The notes under the pieces are model-generated. The model saw only the letters and a program-made list of their open reading frames with translations. It had not been told where the DNA came from and did not search any database. The position numbers were made by a program, and so were the translations under genes. From the IMG/VR virus record IMGVR_UViG_2907546677_000002, positions 1-64,000 of that record: DNA of 64,000 nucleotides; one strand, given 5' to 3'. This document shows, one piece after another, positions 1 to 8,947 of the stretch. Every line of letters begins with the position of its first letter. The stretch's first letter is position 1. This stretch comes from a virus (lineage: Duplodnaviria > Caudoviricetes).

Positions 1-393
1 TCAGGTGTTTCTTCGGATCCCAAACGGCCATGTCTGCTCCTTGTTCTCGTGGTTTGTGCCGACGTCAACCATCCTAGCCGAGAATCGACCAAAACCATCA
101 GAGAATCGACCATGACCGTCATTCTGAGGCGGTTGCTTCGCGTCGTCGCCCCTCTTGCGGCGTTTCGCTAGGCTGCGCAATGCGCGCAGGGCGGAGCGCA
201 GCGGGATGCATGCCGCGCGGATCATCATGCCCAGGCCGGACGCGAGGAGGATCATGGTCACCACGGACTCCCTGATGTCCAGCATCCCGTCCACGGGCAC
301 CGCCCACGTGGCGTACGCCAAGCCCGCGGCCACGAGCGCTGCGCCGCCCAGCATCCACGCCGCGAACGCGATCAGCCGTCCCCTCATGCGCAC
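1..393 (-). CDS. hypothetical membrane protein (2 TM)
   Basis: Complete ORF with two hydrophobic segments (IAFAAWMLGGAALVAAGLAYATWAV; VVTMILLASGLGMMI). Overlaps the stop of the upstream gene. Confidence 0.55.
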   Translation of the reverse strand: MRMRGRLIAFAAWMLGGAALVAAGLAYATWAVPVDGMLDIRESVVTMILLASGLGMMIRAACIPLRSALRALRSLAKRRKRGDDAKQPPQNDGHGRFSDGFGRFSARMVDVGTNHENKEQTWPFGIRRNT

Positions 394-1262
394 CTCCTGT
401 CATGCTCCGCCCAAGCGTGTTCCGCCATGTCCGCTATCGTGCCCGACAGCTGGAATCCCTCCGGCACGGGAAGGACCATCAGCCGCACCTCGTGCACTCC
501 CCTGCGTTTCAGGTTCGGGAGGCGGAAGAACGCGACGCCCTTGCAATGCCTCATGGTCACGTCCTGCCACGCGCCGGCCGTGATCCCGGCCTGTAGGATG
601 GCGTTCACGGTCTCGGCGCTGTTGTCCGGATCGGCCCGGTCGACGCCGTACGGGTATGCGACGCCGGCGAGGACGATGAACCTGTCGTACGCGCAGCACG
701 CCTGCCTGCGCCACTGGAGCAGGGCTTCCGCCGTCAGGTCGGCCGTCACCTTGGCGCGCACGCCGAAACCGCGCCCGTCGCCCCACGTGCGGGATCTGCG
801 GGCCCCGCGCTGCCGGGCGAGCAGGTCGCTGTCGGTGTAGTTGCTGGTGATCCACCTGCGGTCGTCCACGTGGAATGTGACGGCGTACCCGTCGGGCCAT
901 GAAGGCTTGTCCAGCATGCCGTCCCATTGGCGTGACGCGGCGAGGTACAGACTTCCGGTGATCTGGAACGCCGGCAGCCTGTCGGGCACGGGGACGATGT
1001 ACACGCTGATGGCGTAGTGTCCGGCCGGCGGGGTTCCGGGCGCCTGCACGTAGATGGTGGAATGCCGATGGAGGCTGTCGTCGTCCTCCCACAGCTTCTC
1101 GGCGCTTCCAGCGTCGATGATCGGCTTGACGGTTTCGGCGGCGCGGGCGGGGAACATGTAGCCCTGCCCGGGGTGGCTGACGGTGATGAACGCGAGGAAC
1201 CGTCCGACCTTCCAGGCTCCGCCGGACTTTTTCAGCGCATGCCATTCGCGCCGGGCGTACAC
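384..1262 (-). CDS. hypothetical protein (true start may be an in-frame ACG at 1421)
   Basis: 292-aa ORF with protein-like composition. The frame stays open 53 codons upstream, to an ACG lying 7 nt after an AAGGA SD, directly downstream of promoter motif copy 1. Confidence 0.65.
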   Translation of the reverse strand: MYARREWHALKKSGGAWKVGRFLAFITVSHPGQGYMFPARAAETVKPIIDAGSAEKLWEDDDSLHRHSTIYVQAPGTPPAGHYAISVYIVPVPDRLPAFQITGSLYLAASRQWDGMLDKPSWPDGYAVTFHVDDRRWITSNYTDSDLLARQRGARRSRTWGDGRGFGVRAKVTADLTAEALLQWRRQACCAYDRFIVLAGVAYPYGVDRADPDNSAETVNAILQAGITAGAWQDVTMRHCKGVAFFRLPNLKRRGVHEVRLMVLPVPEGFQLSGTIADMAEHAWAEHDRRCA

Positions 1263-1446
1263 CTTGACCAGCGCGCGTCGTTCGGCGCGGCGCCGTTCGG
1301 TCTGGATGGTGTCGGTGCCGCTCCACCATGCGACGGGGATGCTCAGGTCGAGCCGGTATCCTCCCCGCTGTCTGGCGGTGAGCGGTTTCGCCGTTTGCCG
1401 TCTGGGTGTCTGTCCCGCCGTTTTTGGATCCTTCCCCGAATTGACT

Positions 1447-1472
1447 GTGTGAACTTTTACAGTGTATCACGT
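1447..1472 (-). promoter_or_regulatory. 26-bp promoter/operator motif copy 1
   Basis: Minus strand ACGTGATACACTGTAAAAGTTCACAC; extended -10 TGaTACACT. Confidence 0.8.
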
Positions 1473-1561
1473 CGTGTGGCCGATGTGCCGGAATACGACG
1501 GCGCCCGCAGCCGTGTTCCGGACTGCGGGCACCGATGATGCCGTATGGCGTTTCGGCCTCG

Positions 1562-2527
1562 TCAGGCCCCGACCGTGAGCATCGCCTTCCGCAGGGCCCA
1601 GTCGGGGACCCCCAGCTCCTTCGGTCGCTTGTCATAGCCGGCGGCCAGCACGCTGCCGTCGGGCATCTCCACGCTCCCGTACCCGGATGCGAGGATCCAC
1701 TTCGCGGCCGTGTCGGCCGAATCCTTGTCGCCGTAACCGGCCTCGGCTCCCAAAGAGGCCATGAGGCTGATGCCGGTGAGCGCCTGGCGGATGCTGGTCC
1801 GCGCGAATTCCGCGATCGGGCTTTCGGCGCTGATCGTGAAAGGCTGCCAGTCGCATGCCCCCGTCTTCTCGAACACCCAGAACTGCACGGACTTCGGGAC
1901 GCGCGTCCCGCGGTTGAACATGCCGTCCGGGCACAGGGCGACGGCCTGACGGTAGAACTCCGCCTGGATGTGGTACCCGTGGTCGAACGCAGACCGGGAG
2001 AACGAGTCCTCGTCGGCTGCGGCCGCGGTCTTCAGGTCCACAAGGAAGTCCGTTCCGGCGGGGATGAGGTCGGGTTTCGCCTTGAGCGTCAGCCCGGTCG
2101 CCGCGTCGGTCCATTCGATGGCCTGCTCGCAGGTCCCCTCCTGGATCATGCCCATGTAGTCGGGGTATCCGTCCCGTCCGCTGATCTTCTCGATGTTCGA
2201 CCTCATGCGCTTGAGCAGCGTCAGGTCGCTGTAGGAGACGACGATGTTGCCCGCGGCCTCCTGCTCGGTGCGCCACTGCCTGTTCCTCGCGGATTTGTAC
2301 GTCTCGCCTTCGTCGAGGCTGACGACGTTGCCCGTACCCATCAGGAAGGCGTGGAACGCGGTGCCGAACCGCATCGCGTCGGTCGGCTGGCTTTCCTCGC
2401 CGCCGAGCCGCGCGAAAGCCCAGTCGGCCGGGTTCTTGAGGAACTGCTTCAGCTGGCTCTGGTCGAGCGACGGGAGCGCGAAATACTCCGGGTCGTCGAT
2501 GTCGAGGGTGCGTGCGCGCTGGCTCAT
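1562..2527 (-). CDS. PD-(D/E)XK exonuclease, RecE/ExoVIII-like (DUF3799-type)
   Basis: N-terminal YFALPSLDQSQLK, AMRFGTAFHAFL, LKAKPDL, LVDLKT and YHIQAEFY motifs. Confidence 0.85.
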   Translation of the reverse strand: MSQRARTLDIDDPEYFALPSLDQSQLKQFLKNPADWAFARLGGEESQPTDAMRFGTAFHAFLMGTGNVVSLDEGETYKSARNRQWRTEQEAAGNIVVSYSDLTLLKRMRSNIEKISGRDGYPDYMGMIQEGTCEQAIEWTDAATGLTLKAKPDLIPAGTDFLVDLKTAAAADEDSFSRSAFDHGYHIQAEFYRQAVALCPDGMFNRGTRVPKSVQFWVFEKTGACDWQPFTISAESPIAEFARTSIRQALTGISLMASLGAEAGYGDKDSADTAAKWILASGYGSVEMPDGSVLAAGYDKRPKELGVPDWALRKAMLTVGA

Positions 2528-2528
2528 G

Positions 2529-3173
2529 TCACTCCCCCTCCCTGCTGTCCGTGATGTCGCCTTCGGAGAGCTCTTCTTCGGTCAGGTCGGCTTCGTCAAC
2601 GTAGAGCCGGGTCTCGCCGCCTTTCTTTTCGACGACCATCTGGGGTTCGTCGTAGGTGACCGGCTCCCCGGTCTCCGGGTCGAACTCGGGGTCCACGTCC
2701 ACGGGGTCGGCGACGTGCAGTCCGCCTCCGTCCGCTGCGAGCTGCGCGCGGTTGACTTCCTCCCAGCGCTTCGCCCATTTGTTCTCCTCCTCCTCGTAGC
2801 CGGGGTAGGGTTCGATGCCCTTGGTCTCCCATGCGACGATCTGCTTGGGGGTGACGGGCTGCGAGGGGTGGAACTCTTCGGTCAGGTCTTCGGGGATGGG
2901 CACGGTGTACCCGTCGCGCTTGTCCTCCTGGTCTCGTTCTTCCGGGGTGAGGAACCTCGCGGTTGCCGGAATCGTTTCGCTCATGATCTTTTTCCTTATC
3001 TGTGAGGACGTTTCGAGATATTCGAGCACGTGCAGGTACAGGCCGTGGGGCATGCCGTCGGTGTCGTTCTCGTACTTCGTGTACGTGTTGACGCTGACGT
3101 CGCAGAGTTCGGACATCTCTTTTTTTGTTTTGCCTGCTTTCAGGCGGAGCTGTTTGAGCAGCGAGTGTTTCAT
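2529..3173 (-). CDS. XRE-family HTH protein with acidic C-terminal extension
   Basis: LKQLRLKAGKTKKEMSELCDVSVNTYTKYEN is a Cro/CI-type HTH. Start taken at ATG 3173. Confidence 0.75.
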   Translation of the reverse strand: MKHSLLKQLRLKAGKTKKEMSELCDVSVNTYTKYENDTDGMPHGLYLHVLEYLETSSQIRKKIMSETIPATARFLTPEERDQEDKRDGYTVPIPEDLTEEFHPSQPVTPKQIVAWETKGIEPYPGYEEEENKWAKRWEEVNRAQLAADGGGLHVADPVDVDPEFDPETGEPVTYDEPQMVVEKKGGETRLYVDEADLTEEELSEGDITDSREGE

Positions 3174-3264
3174 CCGCGCCTCCGGCAGATAGTCGGGGTC
3201 GGAAAACGGGTTCCGGCCTCTTGGTGTATGATGACGATTACCAGTATACGCGACTTCAAAAACT

Positions 3265-3294
3265 TGCATATCACAGTTGATGTGAACATGTCAA
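3265..3294 (-). promoter_or_regulatory. sigma70-type promoter with overlapping imperfect palindrome
   Basis: TTGACA (3294-3289), 18 nt, then TG-a-TATGCA. GTTGA...TCAAC dyad at 3276-3295. Confidence 0.45.
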
Positions 3295-3439
3295 CAACCT
3301 TGGAAAACAAGGCGACACGCCGAACATAATCAACGTCCAAAATATTGCGTATATTGGTTCATGTCCTCACAAAAGAAGAACCATGTTGCCCCCATCCGGC
3401 GGAATCCCCGCCGGACTGCCGTGGCGGATAGGAGAACCA

Positions 3440-4648
3440 ATGAGCAAGGAACTGTCAACCCTCGTCAAGACCGGCGTGGTGCAGGTCGGATGGCCCCGCC
3501 TCTACGAGGCCCAGTCGTTCAAGGCCGACAAGAACGGCAAGCCCGACCTCGTGCAGGAGTTCGACGAGAACGCGCTGCTGGACGACGCCGACCGGGGGCA
3601 CGCCGACAGCGTCAATGACGCATTGAAGAACTACGACGCCGCGGAAGACGATCCCAAGCGCCCCGAACTCGACATGGACGCCTTGGAGGACGTCTCGAAC
3701 CCCGCCCACCTGAAGAACGCGATGATGCTGCTGAAATACGTCAAGAGCCATTTCAGCACCACGGTGGCGGGAAAGCCGTCATACAGCCTCACCGTCCTGT
3801 TCGACAAGGACGATCCGTCCCAGGCGCGCAACATCAAGATGCTCCGCGAAGGCCAGTCGAACGCCATGAAGAACGCCGTCGCCAAGAAGACATGGATGAA
3901 GGCCACCATCCAGACAGCATCCCGCGCCATGCAGGACTGCGACACCGACGTGCAGACGTACGGCACCGGCGACAACGCCAAGCAGATGACCGCCGCCCAG
4001 AAGTACCCGGAACGCGCGAACCACTGGTACCTCAACGCCAAGGCCAAGCGCCGCCCCGACATCTACTACCTGTCCAAGGCGAACAAGTTCGTCAAGCTGC
4101 CCGCCCCGATCCTCATGCCGGAATCCGACGAGGAGCGCGAACAGGCGCTGCAGATCGAGGAACTGTGGAACAAGTGGGTGTACCCCGGCCAGAACGCGAT
4201 GCTGGGCGTGACGTTCAAGGCATGGACCAGTCCCGCCGGCGCCGGCGTCTCCTGCCATCTGGAGGCCGTGTTCATCATCGGCGGAGGCGTGAGGCTCGGC
4301 GGATACTCGTTCGGCGAGATCTTCGGCGACGAGGACCTTCAGGCGGCGGCCGAATGGCTGAAGAAGAACGCCCCCGATTTCGACCCGGAGACCGGCAAGG
4401 TCCGCCACGCGGAACCGGCCATGATGGACGACGACGAGGATTCCGAAGTAGACGAGACCACCGGGGAGATCACTGATCCGGAGCTCGCGCCCGTGCCGGA
4501 ACCCAAGCCGGTGAAGAAGCGCCGCACGACCCGCGCGAAGAAGCAGCTCGCGCCCGCGCCGGAACCCGAGCCCGCCGTCCCGGAGACCCCGGACACGGAG
4601 GATGCAGACGGGGACGATGGCGAGTTCGGCGAAGACGTCATCTGGTGA
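3440..4648 (+). CDS. phage-type single-stranded DNA-binding protein (DUF2815 / T7 gp2.5-like)
   Basis: SYSLTVLFDKDD, HWYLNAK, VYPGQNA and GVSCHLEAVFIIGGGVRLGG motifs. Acidic tail ends in an aromatic residue (EFGEDVIW). GGAG SD before ATG 3440. Confidence 0.7.
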   Translation: MSKELSTLVKTGVVQVGWPRLYEAQSFKADKNGKPDLVQEFDENALLDDADRGHADSVNDALKNYDAAEDDPKRPELDMDALEDVSNPAHLKNAMMLLKYVKSHFSTTVAGKPSYSLTVLFDKDDPSQARNIKMLREGQSNAMKNAVAKKTWMKATIQTASRAMQDCDTDVQTYGTGDNAKQMTAAQKYPERANHWYLNAKAKRRPDIYYLSKANKFVKLPAPILMPESDEEREQALQIEELWNKWVYPGQNAMLGVTFKAWTSPAGAGVSCHLEAVFIIGGGVRLGGYSFGEIFGDEDLQAAAEWLKKNAPDFDPETGKVRHAEPAMMDDDEDSEVDETTGEITDPELAPVPEPKPVKKRRTTRAKKQLAPAPEPEPAVPETPDTEDADGDDGEFGEDVIW

Positions 4649-4672
4649 TGACCGCCCCTGACGGGGCGTCGG

Positions 4673-4709
4673 AGCGGGAGAGCCGGGAGAAGATCCCGGC
4701 CCTCCCGCT
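4673..4709. terminator. hairpin between convergent genes
   Basis: agcgggag-a-gccggga / tcccggc-c-ctcccgct stem. Confidence 0.55.
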
Positions 4710-4710
4710 T

Positions 4711-7074
4711 TCAGAGGTTCGTCCCACTGTTGCCCGGCGGTGGCGTAGGCGTCGGGGTCGGCGTGGGAGCGGGCGTGGTCGTCTGCCTCTTCGGCGTGGG
4801 CGTCGGAGTGGTCTTCGGCGTCGTGTACTGGCGTCGCGGCGTGTACGAATAGCCGCTGCCGTTGCTGGACTGCGAGCGTTGCTGTTGCTGCTGTTGGGCC
4901 TTCTTCTGGGCTTCGGCCTGCTCCTTCGCCTTCTTCTCGGCGTCATCCTTGGCTCTCTTGTCGGCCTTCTCCTTGGCGACCTTCGCGACCAGCTGGCGCA
5001 GCTGCTCCCCCGCGTCGCCGGCGTCCTTCAGGTTGTCTTTGGTGACCTGGACTCCCTTCCACTCCCCCATCAGCTTTTCCATATCCTGTTTGCCGGTCGA
5101 ATCCGGCGCGTCCTTCAACCCCTCCCCCTGCTGTATGAGTGACTGGAGGGTTTTGCCCGTCTCCTCGGCCTTCTTGTCCATGAGGGTTCCATACTCGTCG
5201 TTCAGGTTCTTGTATGCCGTGTCCGCTTCACGCAGTGCCTTGCGCAGTGCGGTGGACGTCATGGGGCGTTGCTTTGTGACCGTCTGCAGGTTCTCCATCA
5301 GTTTCTTCACTGGCGGGTCGTCGTTCAATCCCATGTCCTCGATCTGCGTGATCAGGGCGGACGACTCCCCCTGCATGCGCTCCCACCTGCCCTGCAGTTG
5401 GGTGAGCTCGTTCTTCGCCTGCTGGGTTATCTCCTGCTGTCTTGCCTCCTCTTGCTTGCCTTGTACCGTGAGGTAGATCGCGTATCCGCCGCAGGCGAGC
5501 ACCACCGTGAGGGCGGTGGCGATGATGGCTATGAGAACAGCCATCCCCTTTCCTTTTTTCGTGGCGTCACGTGGAGCCGTTCCCACATCGGGACGGTATG
5601 CCAGTGGGACGTTCTGACGGTCTGCCGGCATACCGCCGTACTGTTCTCCCGGCGTGACGTTCTGTTTGTATGCCGGCATGCCGTCGCGCTGTTCCGGCAT
5701 GCCCGTCCCGTCATCATCCCAGTCTCTCCAGAAGCCGTCGTCCTGCGCGCCTTCCTGGGGCTGTTCCGCCGTCATGACATTCTGCCGTCGTGCGGTTGTG
5801 CCGTTCAGCCATGTTGACGTTGCACCGTCCTTCTGGCGTGCCGTCTTGCCGTTGTCCTTTTGTGCCGGCAATCCGTTCTGGTACCGCATCGGATCTACGG
5901 CAACCTGTCCCGCCTGTCCGCCGTCAAACCCGTCAGACTGCATTCCATCATCACGGTACGCCGTTTCGCCGTTTCGCCATCGCGCCGTCACGCCGTTTTC
6001 CCGTTGGGTTAGAGAACCGCCGCGACGTTCGGACGTTCCTCCGCCGTCTCCACTCTGCGGGTTCTGATCCTCGTCGGCTCCTTCCCAGACATCCCACATG
6101 TCGTCAGGGTCGGGGTCGTCGTGGGCGCTGGTGCCCGCCGGCGGATCGCCGTCCGGCTGCGCGGCTTCCCGCGGTTCGTACGTTGCGCCGTCGGAACCGC
6201 CCGACGGCGCAACGTCGCCACGTTCTTGTGTCGTAACGTCATGCCGTTGCGCCGTCATGCCGTTCTGTCGGGTTCCGCTCAGGCCGGCGTCATAGTTCCG
6301 CGTCGGATCCTGGGGTTCGGCTGGCGGGGCGATAGGATCATCCCAGTCGCCCCACATGTCATCCCGGGAATCCGGGGATTGGTTCCGGTAGGATGGCTCC
6401 CGCGCTGTCATGCCGTCATCACGTGACGCCGTTTCGCCGTCGTCTTGTCGTGCCGGTATCCCTGTGCCCTTTTCAGCCGCTATGCCGTGGTCACGTCCCA
6501 ACGGTTCGACGTTGGCACGTTCCGCCTGTACACCGTTGGATGTGGCGGCATCAGGGGCGTCATGCCGGGCTTCCGGCTCGTCGAGGTCGCCCCACGGATC
6601 ATCCAGGTCTATTTCGGGGTATTCGCCGCGACCTGCGTCCGACGTTGCGTCGTGTCCACTGTCTGCCGTGTAGCCGGCATGACGTTCCGCCGGTTCCACG
6701 GTATCCCGTCGTTCCGAGGAAACGGCATCACGTTGTTCTGGTGGCACGGCGTCATGTTGCGCCGGGGCATCGGCGGGACGTTTCACCGTAATGCCGGTGT
6801 CACGTTCAGCCGTTGAGACATCACGACGTGACGCCGGTTTCCTGTGGTCACGTGTGACAGGGGAGCCGTCATGCTGTTGCGCCGTCCCGCCGGTGTGATG
6901 TCGCGACGACATGCCGCCTTCCCGTCGAACCGTTTCACCATCATCCCGTGACGACGTTCCACCGGCGTGACGTTCCCACGTGCCGCCGTTTCGCCGGTCT
7001 TCCGTTTCGCCGGTGTCGGGCATCAGCAGGGAATCATCCAGCTCATTGCTTCCCGTGAGCCAGTCGTCGGCCAT
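4711..7074 (-). CDS. membrane-anchored protein: long 8-aa pseudo-repeat N-terminus, TM helix, coiled coil, P/T-rich tail
   Basis: GGAGG SD before ATG 7074. TM segment MAVLIAIIATALTVVLACGGYAIYL. 8-residue periodicity, e.g. QNGLPAQK/DNGKTARQ/KDGATSTW/LNGTTARR. Confidence 0.75.
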   Translation of the reverse strand: MADDWLTGSNELDDSLLMPDTGETEDRRNGGTWERHAGGTSSRDDGETVRREGGMSSRHHTGGTAQQHDGSPVTRDHRKPASRRDVSTAERDTGITVKRPADAPAQHDAVPPEQRDAVSSERRDTVEPAERHAGYTADSGHDATSDAGRGEYPEIDLDDPWGDLDEPEARHDAPDAATSNGVQAERANVEPLGRDHGIAAEKGTGIPARQDDGETASRDDGMTAREPSYRNQSPDSRDDMWGDWDDPIAPPAEPQDPTRNYDAGLSGTRQNGMTAQRHDVTTQERGDVAPSGGSDGATYEPREAAQPDGDPPAGTSAHDDPDPDDMWDVWEGADEDQNPQSGDGGGTSERRGGSLTQRENGVTARWRNGETAYRDDGMQSDGFDGGQAGQVAVDPMRYQNGLPAQKDNGKTARQKDGATSTWLNGTTARRQNVMTAEQPQEGAQDDGFWRDWDDDGTGMPEQRDGMPAYKQNVTPGEQYGGMPADRQNVPLAYRPDVGTAPRDATKKGKGMAVLIAIIATALTVVLACGGYAIYLTVQGKQEEARQQEITQQAKNELTQLQGRWERMQGESSALITQIEDMGLNDDPPVKKLMENLQTVTKQRPMTSTALRKALREADTAYKNLNDEYGTLMDKKAEETGKTLQSLIQQGEGLKDAPDSTGKQDMEKLMGEWKGVQVTKDNLKDAGDAGEQLRQLVAKVAKEKADKRAKDDAEKKAKEQAEAQKKAQQQQQQRSQSSNGSGYSYTPRRQYTTPKTTPTPTPKRQTTTPAPTPTPTPTPPPGNSGTNL
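5561..7017 (+). repeat. intragenic arrays of degenerate octamer MCGKYNNG with exact 8-bp period
   Basis: Runs at about 5561-5696, 5769-5880, 5945-6048, 6180-6275 and 6405-6540, plus a near-unbroken run of 47 register positions at 6642-7017 (e.g. ACGTTTCA CCGTAATG CCGGTGTC ACGTTCAG CCGTTGAG). Confidence 0.85.
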
Positions 7075-7099
7075 GTTTTCGCCTCCTCCAATCAGTATG

Positions 7100-8947
7100 C
7101 TACATGCCCTCTTGTGCGGACAGGCGGGCGACCGTCCTCAAGGAGTCGAGGGCGCTCACATGCTTGGCATCCACACCCGCCTCTATCAGCTTGCTCGCGT
7201 GGGCCGCCGCAGCGGCGCCCTTCAATGGGGCGTCACGGTCGTCCACGTCGCGCCCGTCCTCTCCGAAACCGTCCGTCGGGAACCCGTCGCCGGGATCGTC
7301 CTTGCCCTCGTACATGCTGCCGTCGTCCGGTTTCTCCGCGACGGCCGGCACGAGGTTGAGGATGTCGTCCCATGACAGGTGGCCGGCGTTGTCGTCGCCC
7401 TGCGGCGGGCGGATCCTTTCGATCCGTTCCTTGAGGATGTCCGGGTAGGTGAGCCCTTTCGCCTTGTCCTCCTCGTACAGGCCCTTGTACACGAATGGCA
7501 GCTGGTTGGGAAGCTCGGCGACGCCACATCCGATGGCGACGCCCTCCTCCATGAGGTTGGCGGGCAGCCGCGGGCAGTCCTTGTTGGTGAAGACCGCTTC
7601 GCGGATGTTGTCTGCCGCGTTTCCGGGGAGGATGGGGGACAGGTTGTTTCGGACGGACGGGTCGAGGCCGTTGGGCGCGCTGGGCGTCTGCGCGGCGTAC
7701 AGGAAGAATATTCCGGAGGCGCGGGCTATCTGCGATATCTTGCGCAGGAGGATGAAGCTCTTAGCATGGAGGGCTTTCTCGTATTTCGCGGCGATCTGGT
7801 CGGGGTTGTCCTTGTCGAGTCCGGGCAGGGTGACCGGCGAAGCCCATTGGGCGATCTCATCGCAGGCGAGAAGTATTGCATGGTTCTCATCCTTGGTCTG
7901 CTGGTCGAGCTCGAACCAGTTGCTCTTGCCCATGCGTTCGATCATCATGGCCCGCGAACTGCACAGGTTCATGATGTGCTGCAGGACGGCGCAGCAGCTT
8001 TCCTCGCTGTCGCACCCATACCCTTTGTCGATGACGTAGGATCGGCACCACTTGAAATCATTGCGTTTGAGGATGCTGTCGCATAGGGCGAGGTCGCATC
8101 CGGCAACGAGGGCCGAGTAGATGATGTTGTTGATGATGACGCTCTTGCCGTTGCCGCTCTTGCCGGCGACGATCAGTCCGGGGGACTCCTTGAAGTCGAC
8201 GCACGCCCAGTCTCCCGTCTCTCGTCCCTTGTCCGGCAGTTTCATGCCGAAGTAGATGTGCCGCATGTCGGGCTTGTCCCACAGCTCCTTCGGGAGGCTG
8301 ATGACCTTGGGGAACGTCGGGGGAGTGCCGGGGTAGACCATGATGACGCCGGTCTCCGGGTTGGCTTTGAAGAACCATCCCTTCTTCCCGATGGATTCGA
8401 CGGCCTCCTGCATCTTCTTGTCATGCGCCGACGCCTGGTAGGTGACGACGCCCTCCTTGAGTTTGAGACGCCACCCGTTCTCCGGGGTACGGCTGATGCG
8501 CAGGTTCCACGGCTGGATCTTGAACACGTTGGCGGCGAAGATCTGTCGCGCCGCCGTGGTCTTCTCGTCGAGCTGCTGCATGAGGACGAGGCATTCCTTG
8601 CTGCTGATGCGCACGAAGTCCACAACGCTGTACCCCTCATATTTCTGCTGGTGTTCCAGATCGTCGACGAGGTGTTTCTGCGCTGCGGGGCCGGAGCATT
8701 CGCTGGCGCTGAGCTTGAGCCCTATGGTGCCGTCGTTCAGGTCGGCTGAGTCCATATCCATGGGCGCGATGATCGCGTAACGGTTGTTGGGGTCGACGCT
8801 GTAGACGCTGTATCCCTCATACTCGTGGTTCTTGGCCGCCTTCTCCTGGATGAGGACGGTGAGCTGCATCATGTCCTTCGGATTGGTCTTGTCGAATCCG
8901 TCGGGGAAGAACTTGCCGAGAGGTATTTTCCTGAGTGCCCCGCTCAA
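7100..8947 (-). CDS. FtsK/SpoIIIE-family ATPase
   Basis: Walker A GLIVAGKSGNGKS, Walker B ILLACDEIAQW, ARASGIFFLYAAQ. Duplicated YEGYSV module in the N-terminus. Confidence 0.85.
   Translation of the reverse strand: MSGALRKIPLGKFFPDGFDKTNPKDMMQLTVLIQEKAAKNHEYEGYSVYSVDPNNRYAIIAPMDMDSADLNDGTIGLKLSASECSGPAAQKHLVDDLEHQQKYEGYSVVDFVRISSKECLVLMQQLDEKTTAARQIFAANVFKIQPWNLRISRTPENGWRLKLKEGVVTYQASAHDKKMQEAVESIGKKGWFFKANPETGVIMVYPGTPPTFPKVISLPKELWDKPDMRHIYFGMKLPDKGRETGDWACVDFKESPGLIVAGKSGNGKSVIINNIIYSALVAGCDLALCDSILKRNDFKWCRSYVIDKGYGCDSEESCCAVLQHIMNLCSSRAMMIERMGKSNWFELDQQTKDENHAILLACDEIAQWASPVTLPGLDKDNPDQIAAKYEKALHAKSFILLRKISQIARASGIFFLYAAQTPSAPNGLDPSVRNNLSPILPGNAADNIREAVFTNKDCPRLPANLMEEGVAIGCGVAELPNQLPFVYKGLYEEDKAKGLTYPDILKERIERIRPPQGDDNAGHLSWDDILNLVPAVAEKPDDGSMYEGKDDPGDGFPTDGFGEDGRDVDDRDAPLKGAAAAAHASKLIEAGVDAKHVSALDSLRTVARLSAQEGM

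Noticed and set aside
3251-3276. Additional copy of the 26-bp motif at the XRE promoter
   Set aside because: Only the GCATATCAC core matches; the GTCCACAC half is out of register.
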